A stretch of 64,000 bases of DNA from Paraphysomonas bandaiensis (taxonomy: Eukaryota > Protista > Chrysophyceae): assembly GCA_965644295.1 (NCBI GenBank), contig CBFFRP010000358.1, positions 124,001-188,000 on the forward strand. Reading direction: 5' to 3'. The notes below the pieces were generated by a model. It was not told where the DNA came from and did no database searches. It saw only the letters and a list, made by a program, of their open reading frames with translations. Shown here piece after piece: positions 23,617 to 36,700 of the stretch (position 1 is its first letter; each line of letters begins with the position of its first letter). The position numbers and the translations under genes were made by a program.

Positions 23617-24200
23617 TCATATATCACCGGATTCTTCGCTTCTTAACATTCCAGGACACACTTTTAGCTGCAACTCATCCAATATTTCACTTGTCCATTC
23701 GGACTGAAGAAAAAGCGAATTCAATGGTAAATTATACATTAACCGGTTCTTATGGAACACAAGTGATGTCAGTAGGTACGGTAGGTAATCTAAAACGCTC
23801 TGGGTAAAAGTTGCAAATCGTGGTAGAATAAGTTCCCACTGCTCCACAGTTAAAGGAGGCCCTTCGTTGTTATTGTGTGAAGGTAAATGAGCAAAGGCAA
23901 GGTCACTCAGGCTTATACTAGTAACAGCACTTCCAACACTTTCATTTGTAACAGTTTCCGACTGTATTGCATTCAAGCGTCCTGGGTAAGGTCCTTTGTA
24001 TTGGAAAATCATTCTGGGACATGTGAATCTCATCGTTTGTGTCACTCCCATTGTCGTGTTGACTGTTTGTCGTACGTAATAAGATATTTTGTTCAGTAAT
24101 TAAAGCGAAGCACGATAAGTTAAGTTAAGATATATACGTTAATGATCTTTGCAGCCAATATCTACATACAATATCTAGATATCTATGCCATGGATAGCAA
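23617..24200 (-). mobile_element. Internally deleted CryptonS-like (tyrosine recombinase transposon) copy
   Basis: VGSAVTSISLSDLAFAHLPSH...WELILP...LPYLLTSLVFH...LPLNSLF matches the Crypton C-terminal pattern (VGR...FA.LPPHF...LP.LLAS.V.H). Shares its 5' end with 24490-24600. Confidence 0.65.
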
Positions 24201-24489
24201 TAGAAACTTGCATTTCTCAAAATCGCCATAATATAAAATATCAGGCGTTTACGAAATCTATAGGCCTATTTATAGAGAGTGTGCGATAAAAAAGTATCAT
24301 AAAGGCGATTATTTAATTTGGAATATTTGATTTGACTATAGGAAAACCCGTTGTTGAATTATATCTATAAGTAATGGATTACGAAATGTTCTTTTTCGCA
24401 GAATATCTTAAACACCTACATACAATACATACAGTACATATATGTACATACAATAAAAGATATATTCTGCTAAGATTAACGGGTCCATA

Positions 24490-25066
24490 ACTTAACTTAA
24501 ATTACTGTACTTCTTATTACGTACGATGAACAGTCACCACGACAATGAGAGTGACACAGACGACGAGATTCACGTGTCCCAGAATGATTTTTGCAATGCC
24601 ATTGGGGAAGAAACCAAGGCAATGAAGCGTGCTCAAGACACGAGAACGTAATACAGTCAGAAACTGTTAAAAATGAAAGTGTGGATGATGATAAATTATC
24701 CAGATGCTGTTGAAGAAATTGATGGCAGCAATGGTGATGCCGGCGACGTCACAAATTACCGTATACATATGCCACTGAAAGAATGTGTCTTGGTCGCATT
24801 TTTAAGCCATAGTCAATTTAAGGTGGACGAATCCTCTGGGGAGTATTACCAGCCGCCAAGGTTTTATTCTTTTCAGCATGTCAACGGGTTTAATAGTGCT
24901 ATCAAGGACTAGTATCGTGAGCGCAAGGTTGTTCCGTCCATTGAAGTTTAGAGTGCACTGACTGATACACTTGGTGGCTTGAAGCGACGTATCGCAAAGT
25001 TGAATAAAGATGGAGAAATTCCTCAGACCGAAGGGAAGCAGCCTATGAATGTCTGTGGTTATCGGT
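24490..25066 (+). pseudogene. Degenerate CryptonS-like recombinase N-terminal region
   Basis: Frame from ATG 24526 with in-frame stops: ...LVAFL...SFQHVNGFNSAIKD*YRE...GGLKRRIAKLNKDGEIPQTEGKQPM, a pattern typical of Crypton/Ndc10-like recombinases. Confidence 0.65.
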
Positions 25067-25440
25067 TTCCCACTGCTCCACAGTTAAAGGAGGCCCTTCG
25101 TTGTTATTGTGTGAAGGTAAATGAGCAAAGGCAAGGTCACTCAGGCTTATACTAGTAACCGCTCTTCCAACACTTTCATTTGTAACAGTTACCGACTGTA
25201 GTCCAATCGTCCTGGGTAAGGTCCTTTGTATTGGAAAATCATTCTAGGGCACGTGAATCTCATCATTAGTCTCACTCCCATTGTCGTGTTGACTGTTCGT
25301 CGTATGTAATTAGAAGTTCAGTAATTAAAGCCAAGCACGATAATGTATACGTCAATGATCTTTGCAGCCGACATCTACATACATGTCTATATCTATATAT
25401 ACATATCTAGATTATGCATATCTATGCCGTGGATAGCAAT
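25067..25440 (-). mobile_element. Second, truncated copy of the deleted Crypton-like element (duplicate of ~23833-24200)
   Basis: ttcccactgctccacagttaaaggaggccc... is near-identical to 23833 onward. Confidence 0.85.
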
Positions 25441-25808
25441 ATTAAAAAATCATATACAGTGGAGTATTCTGTATAATACGGCCCTATACACCTGTATATG
25501 TTTCTTGATATTTTCAGTTTTGCTTTTGCCATACTATTGAAGATTTCGCAGAATTCTTTGAATCATTTTCAGTTGTAAAAGATAACCATATGACGATTCA
25601 AGATACGGTTCGTTTTTCAAGAGAGTTGTTCTCTGCGTAGAACAGAAGAAGTATGGGGGAATCCATCGAGAAATTTATCAGTAGGAGTCTTCATATAGTC
25701 ATCCGTCTGAAAGTCATATTACACTGTAACATAAACAGCAATACACTATAACGACACTGAGTGAGTTGTTACTTATATTCGTGAAGTATTTACCCAAACC
25801 TTTCAACA

Positions 25809-26211
<403 letters not shown>

Positions 26212-26553
26212 TAACATATTTTCGCTCCCTGGAACACATGGAAGGAGTTGTTAGCTGTGTACAGATGTGTATAAACTGATTCAGTGCCCTATAGGAGTGA
26301 TGTTTTAATGTAGCCTTTTTATCTAAGTATACTTTAGTTTCATGATATATGAAAGTTGATATCAGTGTGCTGAGATCTGTTACTCGCATCCGTTGCGTCA
26401 TGAGAAATGTGCTCATTTCTTTTGAAGTGTGGAGAATCGATTTAATAAGTAATAATTACTAATAATTTAATTAAGTTAGAAATGCTCCGCTATGTCATAG
26501 CTTTGTGTCTCATTAACCAAACTATATGGAAACACGTCACTAGTGAGTGGGTG

Positions 26554-27240
26554 TAGGGCCGGGTAACTTCTAATGGCCCATTAATGTGTGCCAAATTCCC
26601 CGCAATTATAATGACAATGATTAACTTATATCGCTCATAATAGGTAGTGTGATGCCACCTTACTTTCTAATTAGGTTAATTAAGACTACGATTTGAATTG
26701 TAACTTCTACAACTACACTTCATTGATTTCGCTCTCCACTGGCACATCAGGATCTTCTAGCAAGGATTCAGGGATACTAGTAGCGCTCCACCACCTGGAA
26801 TAGGCACAAATGAATAGCAACGGTTTAAGACGATATAGATTCGTGTTTCGACGCTCCTTGCACGACTAAAGAGCTGAAGAGCCTCTCCACAACATTAGTT
26901 TATGCTTCGATATGAAGCAAGCTAAGTCGAGCACTTTTTCTGACTTCGGCGTTGTGAAAAGTCAGTTTCTTTGCTTTCGTCTTCATGATTTCTGTCGTCC
27001 TATGCATAACATCAATTGCCGTCAGTTCGCTTGATTCGTTCAAGTGGAATTTGCACTGGCACCAATGCTTGCATTCGGGAAAACGGTATTGATGCACCTC
27101 CGCAATTTCTTGTAACAGTATATCGAATAACTGGCGGGCTCGGTACATATTGGTTTACGAAAAATTTTCTAACCCTTTTTAGCTTCGGAACAATACAAGG
27201 TTATAATATTCAATACTTCATGTGATGAGTATCAACTGTA
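26554..27240 (-). mobile_element. Degenerate hAT-like DNA transposon remnant
   Basis: Minus frame YRARQLFDILL...HIEA*TNVVERLFSS (ERxFS motif). Terminus-like TAGGGCC at 26554. 26570-26625 recurs inverted at 62570-62623. Confidence 0.55.
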
Positions 27241-27711
27241 TTATTTACATATCACAGCTACCATTTTACATAATGCTAGAATATAAACTAAACCTGGTGA
27301 TGTTGCTTGTATTCGAATTAAATAATTGTATTGATTGAATTCATTTGACATTATTGAAGTTAAATAATAAAGTCTGTCCATACTAAAATGTGTACACTAT
27401 ATACAAATTTGAATAGTGTTCACTCTTTCATGAGGATGATTTTATAATGACACGGTCAGTCATCGATATACCCCAAAGAGTTGTGATAAGTCTCTACGAT
27501 CCGTTTCCAAATACATTATTTTATAACCTCTAAACACATCATTAATATAATACGCCAATAGGTTCGTTGGTAAATACATAACACTTTTACAATAATATAT
27601 AATATATATCGTCAGCGACGACAAAAAAAAACTTCAGCTTAGAGTTTCATGAGCCGAAACTCTTCCTCTTTTGATATACAATGCCTTCCAGCTGTAGTCT
27701 AAAGTTGCATA

Positions 27712-29066
27712 TTATCGATCCCCAAGCATGAGCGCCATATCACGGTAAGTTTCAGCATCTCTGAGAATGGTCACCCTGAAAAAAAACTATTAATAAGTAG
27801 TCATTGTTAATATTTATACAATGCTTGTGTTCCAATATATCCACACACCTCCGATCTCTTAATTGGGCAAGTGGGATTCGCAACCTGGGACCAGTGTGCA
27901 GACGAATGACAACATCATCCTCCCCAACAACCACAATCTTTCCATTTAGTTGTTCGTCCGAATCAGTAGTGTGGACAGATACCATGCATCCAACCCTATA
28001 CACCTCTCGCTTGGGAGTTGTATTAGGTTTGGAGGAATTCAAACCAATTGTTTGGTCGATTGATCCTCGACGTGGACGTGATTCAATAGCAAGGGAGTTG
28101 TCAATAATTTCAACATCTAGTGCTGGTAGCCTGGCTTTCTGTATTCGAAGCGTTACATGCCGTGAAGTATACAATGCTTATCAACGGCTCAGACACATAG
28201 AGTATTATACAGAGAGTAACCTCTTTGAATAGGGGACGCAACATAAATTACAAAGCAATTACCTGATGTCTGGTATACGTTACAGCTCTATCTTCGAGAT
28301 CTCGAACTATTGACACGAAGTCTTCTCTAACACATTCCTCCGATAGTATCTTATCAATGGAGCCCCCAAATACAGTACCATTGTTCTTCTTGGGGATCCC
28401 ACTACGGGACACACCGCCAAGCGAAGTACTCGATACATTGGTGCCATTATTTGACGAGTTATTCGCCGAATGCTGAGATAGGTCGCCAGTGCTTTCGACG
28501 TTGGTTGCTTGCCTTGTGTTCATTCGTGTGTTCGAAGTCGATGCCTGCTGTTCGAGGCGATGCTTCTCGGTCAATCTTTCGTGAATATTTTGTTTTAATT
28601 GGTCACACTCCGCCTATTTTATTTACATAAGTCGACATTATTTGTAAAACTACACTACAACCTGGCATTTAGCTTCTAAATCCTCGAGCTCAAATGCATA
28701 CAGTTCATTTACGTTATCTATCTGCAACTTGCGATTATGGTCAGCTTGCTTAGCTTTCTTCTCTTTCGCCGCAAGCAATACTTTCTTACGCTTGATGTAA
28801 TCTGGGTGATGCTCTGAGCACAACTATGAGAATAAACACTTGGACAGTCACATATGTACCGATATCATCCAGAGACACCATCATCGAACCATTGCTACTT
28901 GCAACTTTCTCTACAGATGATTCTTTATTGGATTCACTCGATGAGATAACGGCAGACTTGTCGGCTGGTTTGCTGTTTCCAGAGCGCTCTCTCTTGCGTG
29001 AACCTACACACACAATCATGCCTTAAAACACGTGATCGCGAATAACTTCATCATTCAACCTCCCAT
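27712..29066 (-). CDS. Sds3/BRMS1-like Sin3-HDAC complex subunit, multi-exon (7-nt first coding exon)
   Basis: HPDYIKRKK...KLQIDNVNELYAFELE coiled coil, LSEECVREDF, and a C-terminal beta domain VYRVGCMVSV...GKIVVVGEDDVVIRLHTGPRLRIPLAQLRDRR. Confidence 0.7.
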
Positions 29067-29532
29067 CGGTTCAAAGGCGTAGTCACAGTGGCCTACTTCG
29101 TTAGGTGAGGATTATAAACGTGCTGTGGATAGTGGAATAAAAGCATCTCTGCATATATCCAGAATATGCTGCGAATAGCAGCACTGCTGTACACCCTGCT
29201 GTATAATCGTAATACACAACTCGTTTTACTCACGAATCCTATACACAGTGTTGCGGTATTGAGTCGGTCGTTCAAAGTGAAATATTGGACATCATGCCAC
29301 AAAAAATGGTATATATACACAAATTCGGAGTTTTACTATTGACTGCTATATGAATCTCTCGTATTTTTAGGGAACCAACCATATCATTGTTATGTTGTTT
29401 CTGTTGATATGATTAGCTGGATGGCAGGATTGGATTAGAAATCATTCTTCCACATGTTTTAAGCCTGGCATCGCCCTTCAGTCTCGCCAAGTAAGTTACT
29501 TGCCTAGTTTATATCTCGTCTGTTCGTTTGGT

Positions 29533-32500
29533 ATGTCGAAACAGTCATATCTTGATCTGGTAGTGGGTGTCTTAGTAGTGATGCTGGGTGCTATTCACTC
29601 CAAGCCCCTCCCTCATGACTATTTGGTTCATGGGTTTGACGCATACGGTATCGATGAAGGTTTACGAATACCGTACATGATTATTCATAAAAAATTAATG
29701 TTTTTATAGAAATGTATGCCGGGTTTATGCCTATTCGCTCTCATGAAAGGAATGATGAAGGGAGTTTGTTCTTTTGGATGATCATGCAAGATAAAGATAC
29801 ACGAGAGCAGAGTACGAATAAAGATGATACACTCATAGTATGGCTGGTATTGAATTCGTTTTTCAACGGGAGACTTTATTTTTATGGCATATCCTGTAGA
29901 ACGGCGGTCCAGCGTGCTCCTCAATATTGGGTATGCTGTACGAGAATGGGTAGGGCGATATGTAAATACCGTGTGCTATATTTTTTCTTCATTTCTATAC
30001 GTACTCTTTAACTTTTATTAATTGACTATCTAGGCCCTTTGTGTTGAAGGATTCGGTCAATGGAACGCATACTTTCATGGATAATATTTATAGCTGGAAT
30101 AAACTTGGCCACGTTCTGTATGTGGAGCAGCCCTTGCGGTAATATGCTATAAATGATTTATATCTCATTTTATTTGTATTTGCTATACTATTTGTAAGCC
30201 TTACATGTAATTTTCATGTATAGCTAGTTCGTAATGTATAAGTTGACACTTGAAATCGCATACCTGTTCGCCAGTTTTAATCGTATTACATAGCACTGGG
30301 TTTTCAGAAGCTTCTAAAACAGCCGATAAGGTAGCATCAGAATATCAAGTTGCTGTGGATTTTCGTGGTTTTTTGTCTTCGTTTTTCGAGGTATATATAT
30401 ATACATATGATTCTCTAGTAATATATACACCTCATTTAAAATGTTTTTACAGGTATTTGAGAACTTTGAATCATATTCTGTATATATTACTGGAGAATCA
30501 TATGCTGGATTCTACGTACCCTGGTAAGAGAATATAGTTTTGTACGTATATATTTTTTGTATAATACAATGTAAGATATGTTGTTGCTTATGGTGCCATC
30601 TTTGACTTCATTTTAATTGACATGTTTTGCCGACGCTAGGATATCGTATCATATTACTCAGAAACAGATGAAACAAGATTATGAATCCATATGTAAGTAG
30701 AGGGTGGTTTCCTATATCAGAATTACGCAAATCATTTTGATGTCTTGTTAATGCTGTCTATATAATTGATTTATTTTTCCTTTATTATAATGTAATATAT
30801 GCTTGTTAATTTATGACAGATGGTCCTTTGAAGCACATTAACCTCGAGGGAATAGCTATTGGGAATGGAGGTATTGATGCCCTTATACAGGTATATGTCA
30901 TGCAGTTCGGGAAGCAACATGTTAGATATGTAGCTTAGATATTACTTATTTTCATGAAATTACGGTTTTCTCTACATGAAATAGATACTTGACCCGAGCA
31001 ACACTGGAATACTGTTGCATATTCTAACTGTGTTTTTACCCATATGGTTAGGTGTCAACTTATTCAGAGTTCATGTATATCAATGGTTTTATACCACGGG
31101 GAGCAAAGGAGTATTTTGAGAACAAGTACCACACTTGCATAGATCATGCATCATACGCTAACAGTCCTATTACTTGGGGAACTGTTCTCAAATGCCAAGT
31201 GCTGTATGACGTGCTTACAGCCAGTGGATATCCTAATGTGTATAATGTGAATACTTATAATTCTTACGATAGTATGTTTGCCAAAGCCCAACTCTTTATG
31301 AACGACCCACGTGTACAAACTCTCATACACGCCAAAGGAAGGAATATTCCAGGAATTAACTTTATTCCTGAAGGAATGAATATATCGGAGCTGAACACTA
31401 CGGAATTAAAGGAATACATTCCGAAATATTGGAATCCAATTAATTTAGAAGTTTACATTGATATGTTGTCAGATCACCCTATGACATCGGTTCCTGCCTT
31501 GAACTTTTTGAGTAAGCACATAAGGTGCGAGTAGTGATACATGTGGTTTGCTGACTAGATGTGCTGTGTTGTGCTACGTTCAAGGGATGTCTTACGCACT
31601 ATATATTACTTTGAGATATTCTAGAGTGTCTTTATATAAAGTTCTACGACAGAGTTATGCTGTACAGTGGAGCGTCAGATTTAAGCATGAATACCATTGG
31701 CACTATACATACCCTAGAATCGCATAGCTGGCACGGCAGGTCTGTTCTGTTTGATATAGGTTAATTCGTATGAAATGAATTGTTCTCTGTGCCTATACTA
31801 TGCCTGTGTTGAATCTGCTCAAGTTTCAACATTCTGTATGTTCCTGTTTAGCTATTGTTCGTAAGTGTTCATTGAACCTGGTCTATTTTGAGCATTACTT
31901 TCTTCGTGTTGATTATTTCTGACACAGACAATGGAGTGAATCGACAAGAGGTCTAATGGTACATGATGGAACAGCTGTGGGGGACCACTATCAACTGGGA
32001 AACCTTTCTCTTTTCATAGTGAGAAATGCAGGTGCTTGATGTACTGTGAATGCCAGGTGTATGGTTATGTCATTGCGATCGCTCTCCAATGTATACATCG
32101 TGCTGTATTAATAGAATTTAGGACACATGGTTCCCATGGATCAGCCCTCGACTGCCCTTGAAATGATGCGCAGATTTATTTGCAGAGAATCATTTGTTGA
32201 CATTCCTCTTTACAACGATGGTACTTGGTAGTGATATTGCTGTTTCATATGCCTTGTATTTATATCACCTGCCGCCATGCACTGTTTTCTGTTTGCAGTT
32301 CATATACACCTACTTTCACGCAAAGGTTGCACTTTGATACAATGTATTTTAGCGTTCTATTTATCTCAACATGTGGAGTCATACGATGACGATACATCAG
32401 CAATAGATGGTGGCCTTTTCATGAAATCTGTTAATATTGAGGAACAGTTGTTAGTCGAGGTTAGTATTACAAGTGAACAGTAGCTTTTCGGCTTCATGTT

Positions 32501-32918
32501 TTTATCAGAAAGTCGAATCAAGGAGTGCTCGAGATAAGGCTTTTAGTATTGGAGTGGTTGGATTATCAGGTAATTGCGTATATATGTTACGTTATTATTT
32601 ATCTGATTATCATCAAGCTGCCGTATTTATAAGTATTTCATTTTTGAAAAGTGCTGTGTATTGCGTATACTTCTGTGTTCCAAATTGTATTATGACTATC
32701 ACTTACATAACCTACGATATCCTACTATACGTAGCATTTTTTGTACTTTTCGTTTCGTTCGTGACTATTCAGCTCGTATCAAGACGTGAACGAATCTACA
32801 GGTACTTATATGTAGACTGTAGATTACTTGCTGCGTTTCTGTGGCTTGCAAAAGTAGTTCTTTTAACGTTTATTTTATGTTGTATATCTTACTTGGCAGA
32901 TATGAGTCGAAATATTGA
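29533..32918 (+). CDS. Serine carboxypeptidase S10 with signal peptide and C-terminal TM helix (Kex1-like topology), many exons
   Basis: SLFFW, WLNGGPACSS, YVEQP, YITGESYAG, GIAIGNG and GHMVPMDQP. Hydrophobic segment near the C-terminus. Confidence 0.9.
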
Positions 32919-33775
32919 TATGAACATATATGTGTTTTATTATTCTTACTGACTGCACTGATGTAGGAGATACTACATCCCCATATCTAGCACCTCTGAT
33001 AGTAGTATTTGACGAATCGACTTCTTTCCTGTGTGTTTCAGAGCTGTCATATAATTTAATGACAAGCCTACCAGCAGTTGTCAGAAGTGCTTCTTATCGT
33101 AGCCTGGTGTTTTATAAGAAAACTATACTTTCCTCTAGCGAATTTTCCTCTTATAATGTGTAGTTGTGAATTCGCGGATTTCCGTTGAGTTTTGCTTAAA
33201 GATGGGCAATTTAATGCTATGAGGTAAATGTTATGACCGTGACTATATAGTCTGCTTCGAAACGATAATATTGGCTTTGTTCCAACAAGGTGGGAGTAGC
33301 AATAATACAAAACCCCGCACCATATACAGCAAACTCAAAACAAAATATCTTCTATTATTTTTATCGCAATTATAATACGAAATCAGTAAGAAAATTATAA
33401 TTGTGTTGGTTCATATGAATATCAACGACTAACTGTAGACTTATATTCTAAGTTTTATGGTTCCTACATATCACATTCAATATGTGTTGCTACTGTATAG
33501 AAACTCCAATGTAGATATAATATAGAGCTATATTCGATGAGCCTATCATACGGATAGGATTCTGCCCGCACTCACGAATGGAGTAATTTCTCAAAATTGG
33601 TGAGTTATGTTCATCAAACTCATCTGGCATATTCATCAGCGCACCCTGCTGCACATGTTATATATAAAAATTCAGAAATCCGCTATAAACCGCCTGAAAA
33701 TGTTTTTGGGGCGCAATGCGATGATTATCATGATCGAGAAGAGATATATTGAATTTTTTGCCGGAGTAGTGGGTT

Positions 33776-36700
33776 TTATATTGAAGTAGATCCCGATATT
33801 TTTGGACTGCTGCGATTATTCGAAGTCGCAGCGCCATCTAAAAATACGACCTTCACAAGGCTTGCAGCTTGAGGAAAAGTGGAACGACTAATATCCTGTA
33901 AAACTACACTCCGTTCTCTGAGAGACATCCTATTCTCACTCTTCTTAGTACTACTTTTGGCCGACTTGTCGGGCCAATTTCGGCTGTTCGAGTACTTCTC
34001 ATCACTCATTGGCAATTCGTCATCACTATTCAAAACAGCGCCTGGTACATTGAAAGCTAGCACAAAGTCAGTAGAAGTCTGCACCAAACAAGTGGTATTA
34101 TATAGACTACACTAATACTCACATGCAACTCGCCCCCATATCGTGGCAGCCGCATTCATAATCGAGATCTTACGGGTGGGCGAGCGCAAATCTCGTGTAG
34201 TTTCGTCCTCAGTAATAATGATCGATGCATTTTCAACATCACTGTGTGAGTAACATGTTACCGTACTTTTTACGAATACTTTGAGAAATGCAATCAAAGT
34301 ATCAAAGTAATGAACGTATATAATGTTGTTGTATAGTGGCAGTGCCGGTCAATATATTTATACCTATTTGCTGCTTCGTTGAAGGAGTCGATATGAGATG
34401 CGTTGAATAAAGATCCCGCTTTTCTTCTAGGCGAACTCATATTGGAGCGAGTGATGTCATCCAATAAATCGCTATCCGTTGTAGTTACCCCAGTTTCTAC
34501 ACCGCGGAGGTTGTTATGCAGTTGTTTTGCAATATTTCCCATAATTCTAAGGATAGTGGTGTCGAATTCAGAAGATTCGTCTTTCGCAGGCGAATATCCA
34601 CTAACCCAGGTATCATGAAAAAACGGGTGCAAATCTGAACAAGTCGCTATATAAGTAGATTCCGTAAAAAGTGCTATACTCGGGTCGAAATTTTGTTTTG
34701 AAAGAGCTATGTTGTTATATGATAAGTCGTCTGCATCCAAAACATTGGCCGTTTCGCTGCATCCTAATATTACATATATATGGATACATATACACGAATG
34801 AATATGAAACGACATTATAGTAACGCATCAAAAGCACAATATAGTTAGAGAGGGATGCCAAAATATACCTTGATATCTGTATGCTACCAGGTGTTCCGTA
34901 GGCTTCCATGGCACCAGCCACTTGAGTCGCACTGCCCCATAATAGATATTTCGGCTTATTGAGACTGACAACAGAACCAATAACACTTCCAGTGTGGATT
35001 CCAATACGCAGCTCAACATCCACGCCACATGCATTCCGTATGACCTTCATATCATTTTGCATATGCAATGCAAACTGGAGACAAGAGAGGGCGTGATTAT
35101 GCTGGCTACTGTATCCCGGCAGCCCTCCCACCACAACGAAAGCATCACCAATAGTATCTATAGTTAGAATGTTACTATGTGCACAGTGCTCGTGAAGCCA
35201 CTACACGTTGAGTAACATGCACACAATAGCAAGCGGTCATGTGATACAATGCATACTAAATCGAATATCGCATAATTAGTGTACATATTTCAGGCGTTAA
35301 AACTTGCCGACTTTATACAGCCCAAAGTGTTCCAAGTGGCTATCAAATGCGGAGTATATCAAATTCAAAAGTTTGCATAGTACTTGGGGCTTCAGCCTCG
35401 CTGATAGTGATGTGAAGCCCTTGATATCACTATATAGAAGAGTTACATTATGCAGCTCGTCGAACACCAGTTCTCCACGCAACAATTGTTGAGCATGGAT
35501 CGTCCTTGGCAGCATATTTTCTAAGAGTTGTCGAGACTGAACGGTATCATTTTGTAAACTCTGTAGCCTTCGGAAATTTATTCTCTGAGATTTTTCTCGT
35601 GCATAGCATTGTGCCAAGGACGAAGCAGTTATGAAAACATAGTACCCAATCACTACAATTCTCCACGATTCAATTGAATCAGAAGAGCGTAGCATATGAA
35701 GCAATATAATACCCAATATACCGCTCGAGAGAAGTGCACAATAAGAAAAACGAAGTCGAAGATGAAGATTAACTACCACAAAGATAATGAGTGAACTGCC
35801 TTTCAATATAAGGCTATCTCGAGCCCGGATATTCCAGCTAATGCCGTACAATATCATCAATAACACTGTTATTGTAACGCCCACCTAACCATTGAATGAT
35901 TACTTTATTTTTAAAAAAACACCTACAAGCATGATATATATATGCAACGATACCTAACTCTCATACCCGATGTTTCACATATAAAGAATGCGTGCACGTA
36001 CCGCTTGAATATTTCTGTAAGATTTCTCGGATAGTCGTAAATACAGCAGCCCAATAGCAACTACCAGGAGTCCAAGCACATTCGAGTTCATAAAATCATC
36101 TACAAATATGATTATATTTCAAATAGATAGAAACATATAACGTTTAATTGTAGATACCAGGGCGCTCTATACCTGCAAACATTTGAAATAGCTGATATAG
36201 TAAAAGCAGAAACAAAACGCGACCACACTGGTCCACATTCTGCTTGTTGGAGTGTTCACGAAATTTATTTTCCAGATCGACAGCCTTTGAACATAATATC
36301 GCTTGGGAGTGCATTATGGTATTGTGGTAGGACGAATGTTCAACAAAAGCATCAATCCTATGCATACGGGAAGAGATTGAGTTTATCGCTGAGGAAAAAT
36401 TACGTATTCTATTAAATATGTAGATAGCAGACATAAATATCTCAATGTAATGTATACGTCGACTCGCACCTGATATTCTCATCCTCATCTCCACGTTGCG
36501 AGAGTATGTCACTTGTACTCTTCTGCTTGTTGTCGCTGCGATCAGAGCTTGACGACATCCACGATCCTTCACCTTTAGGTATAGTGTTCGTATGTAAAAA
36601 TCCTGTTGACAGAATTGAGCTTCCACGACGCAACATATCCGAAACATTTATGGTGGATTGACGCCTCTCCTTAGGAGTATGGATAAGAATACCATGCCTG

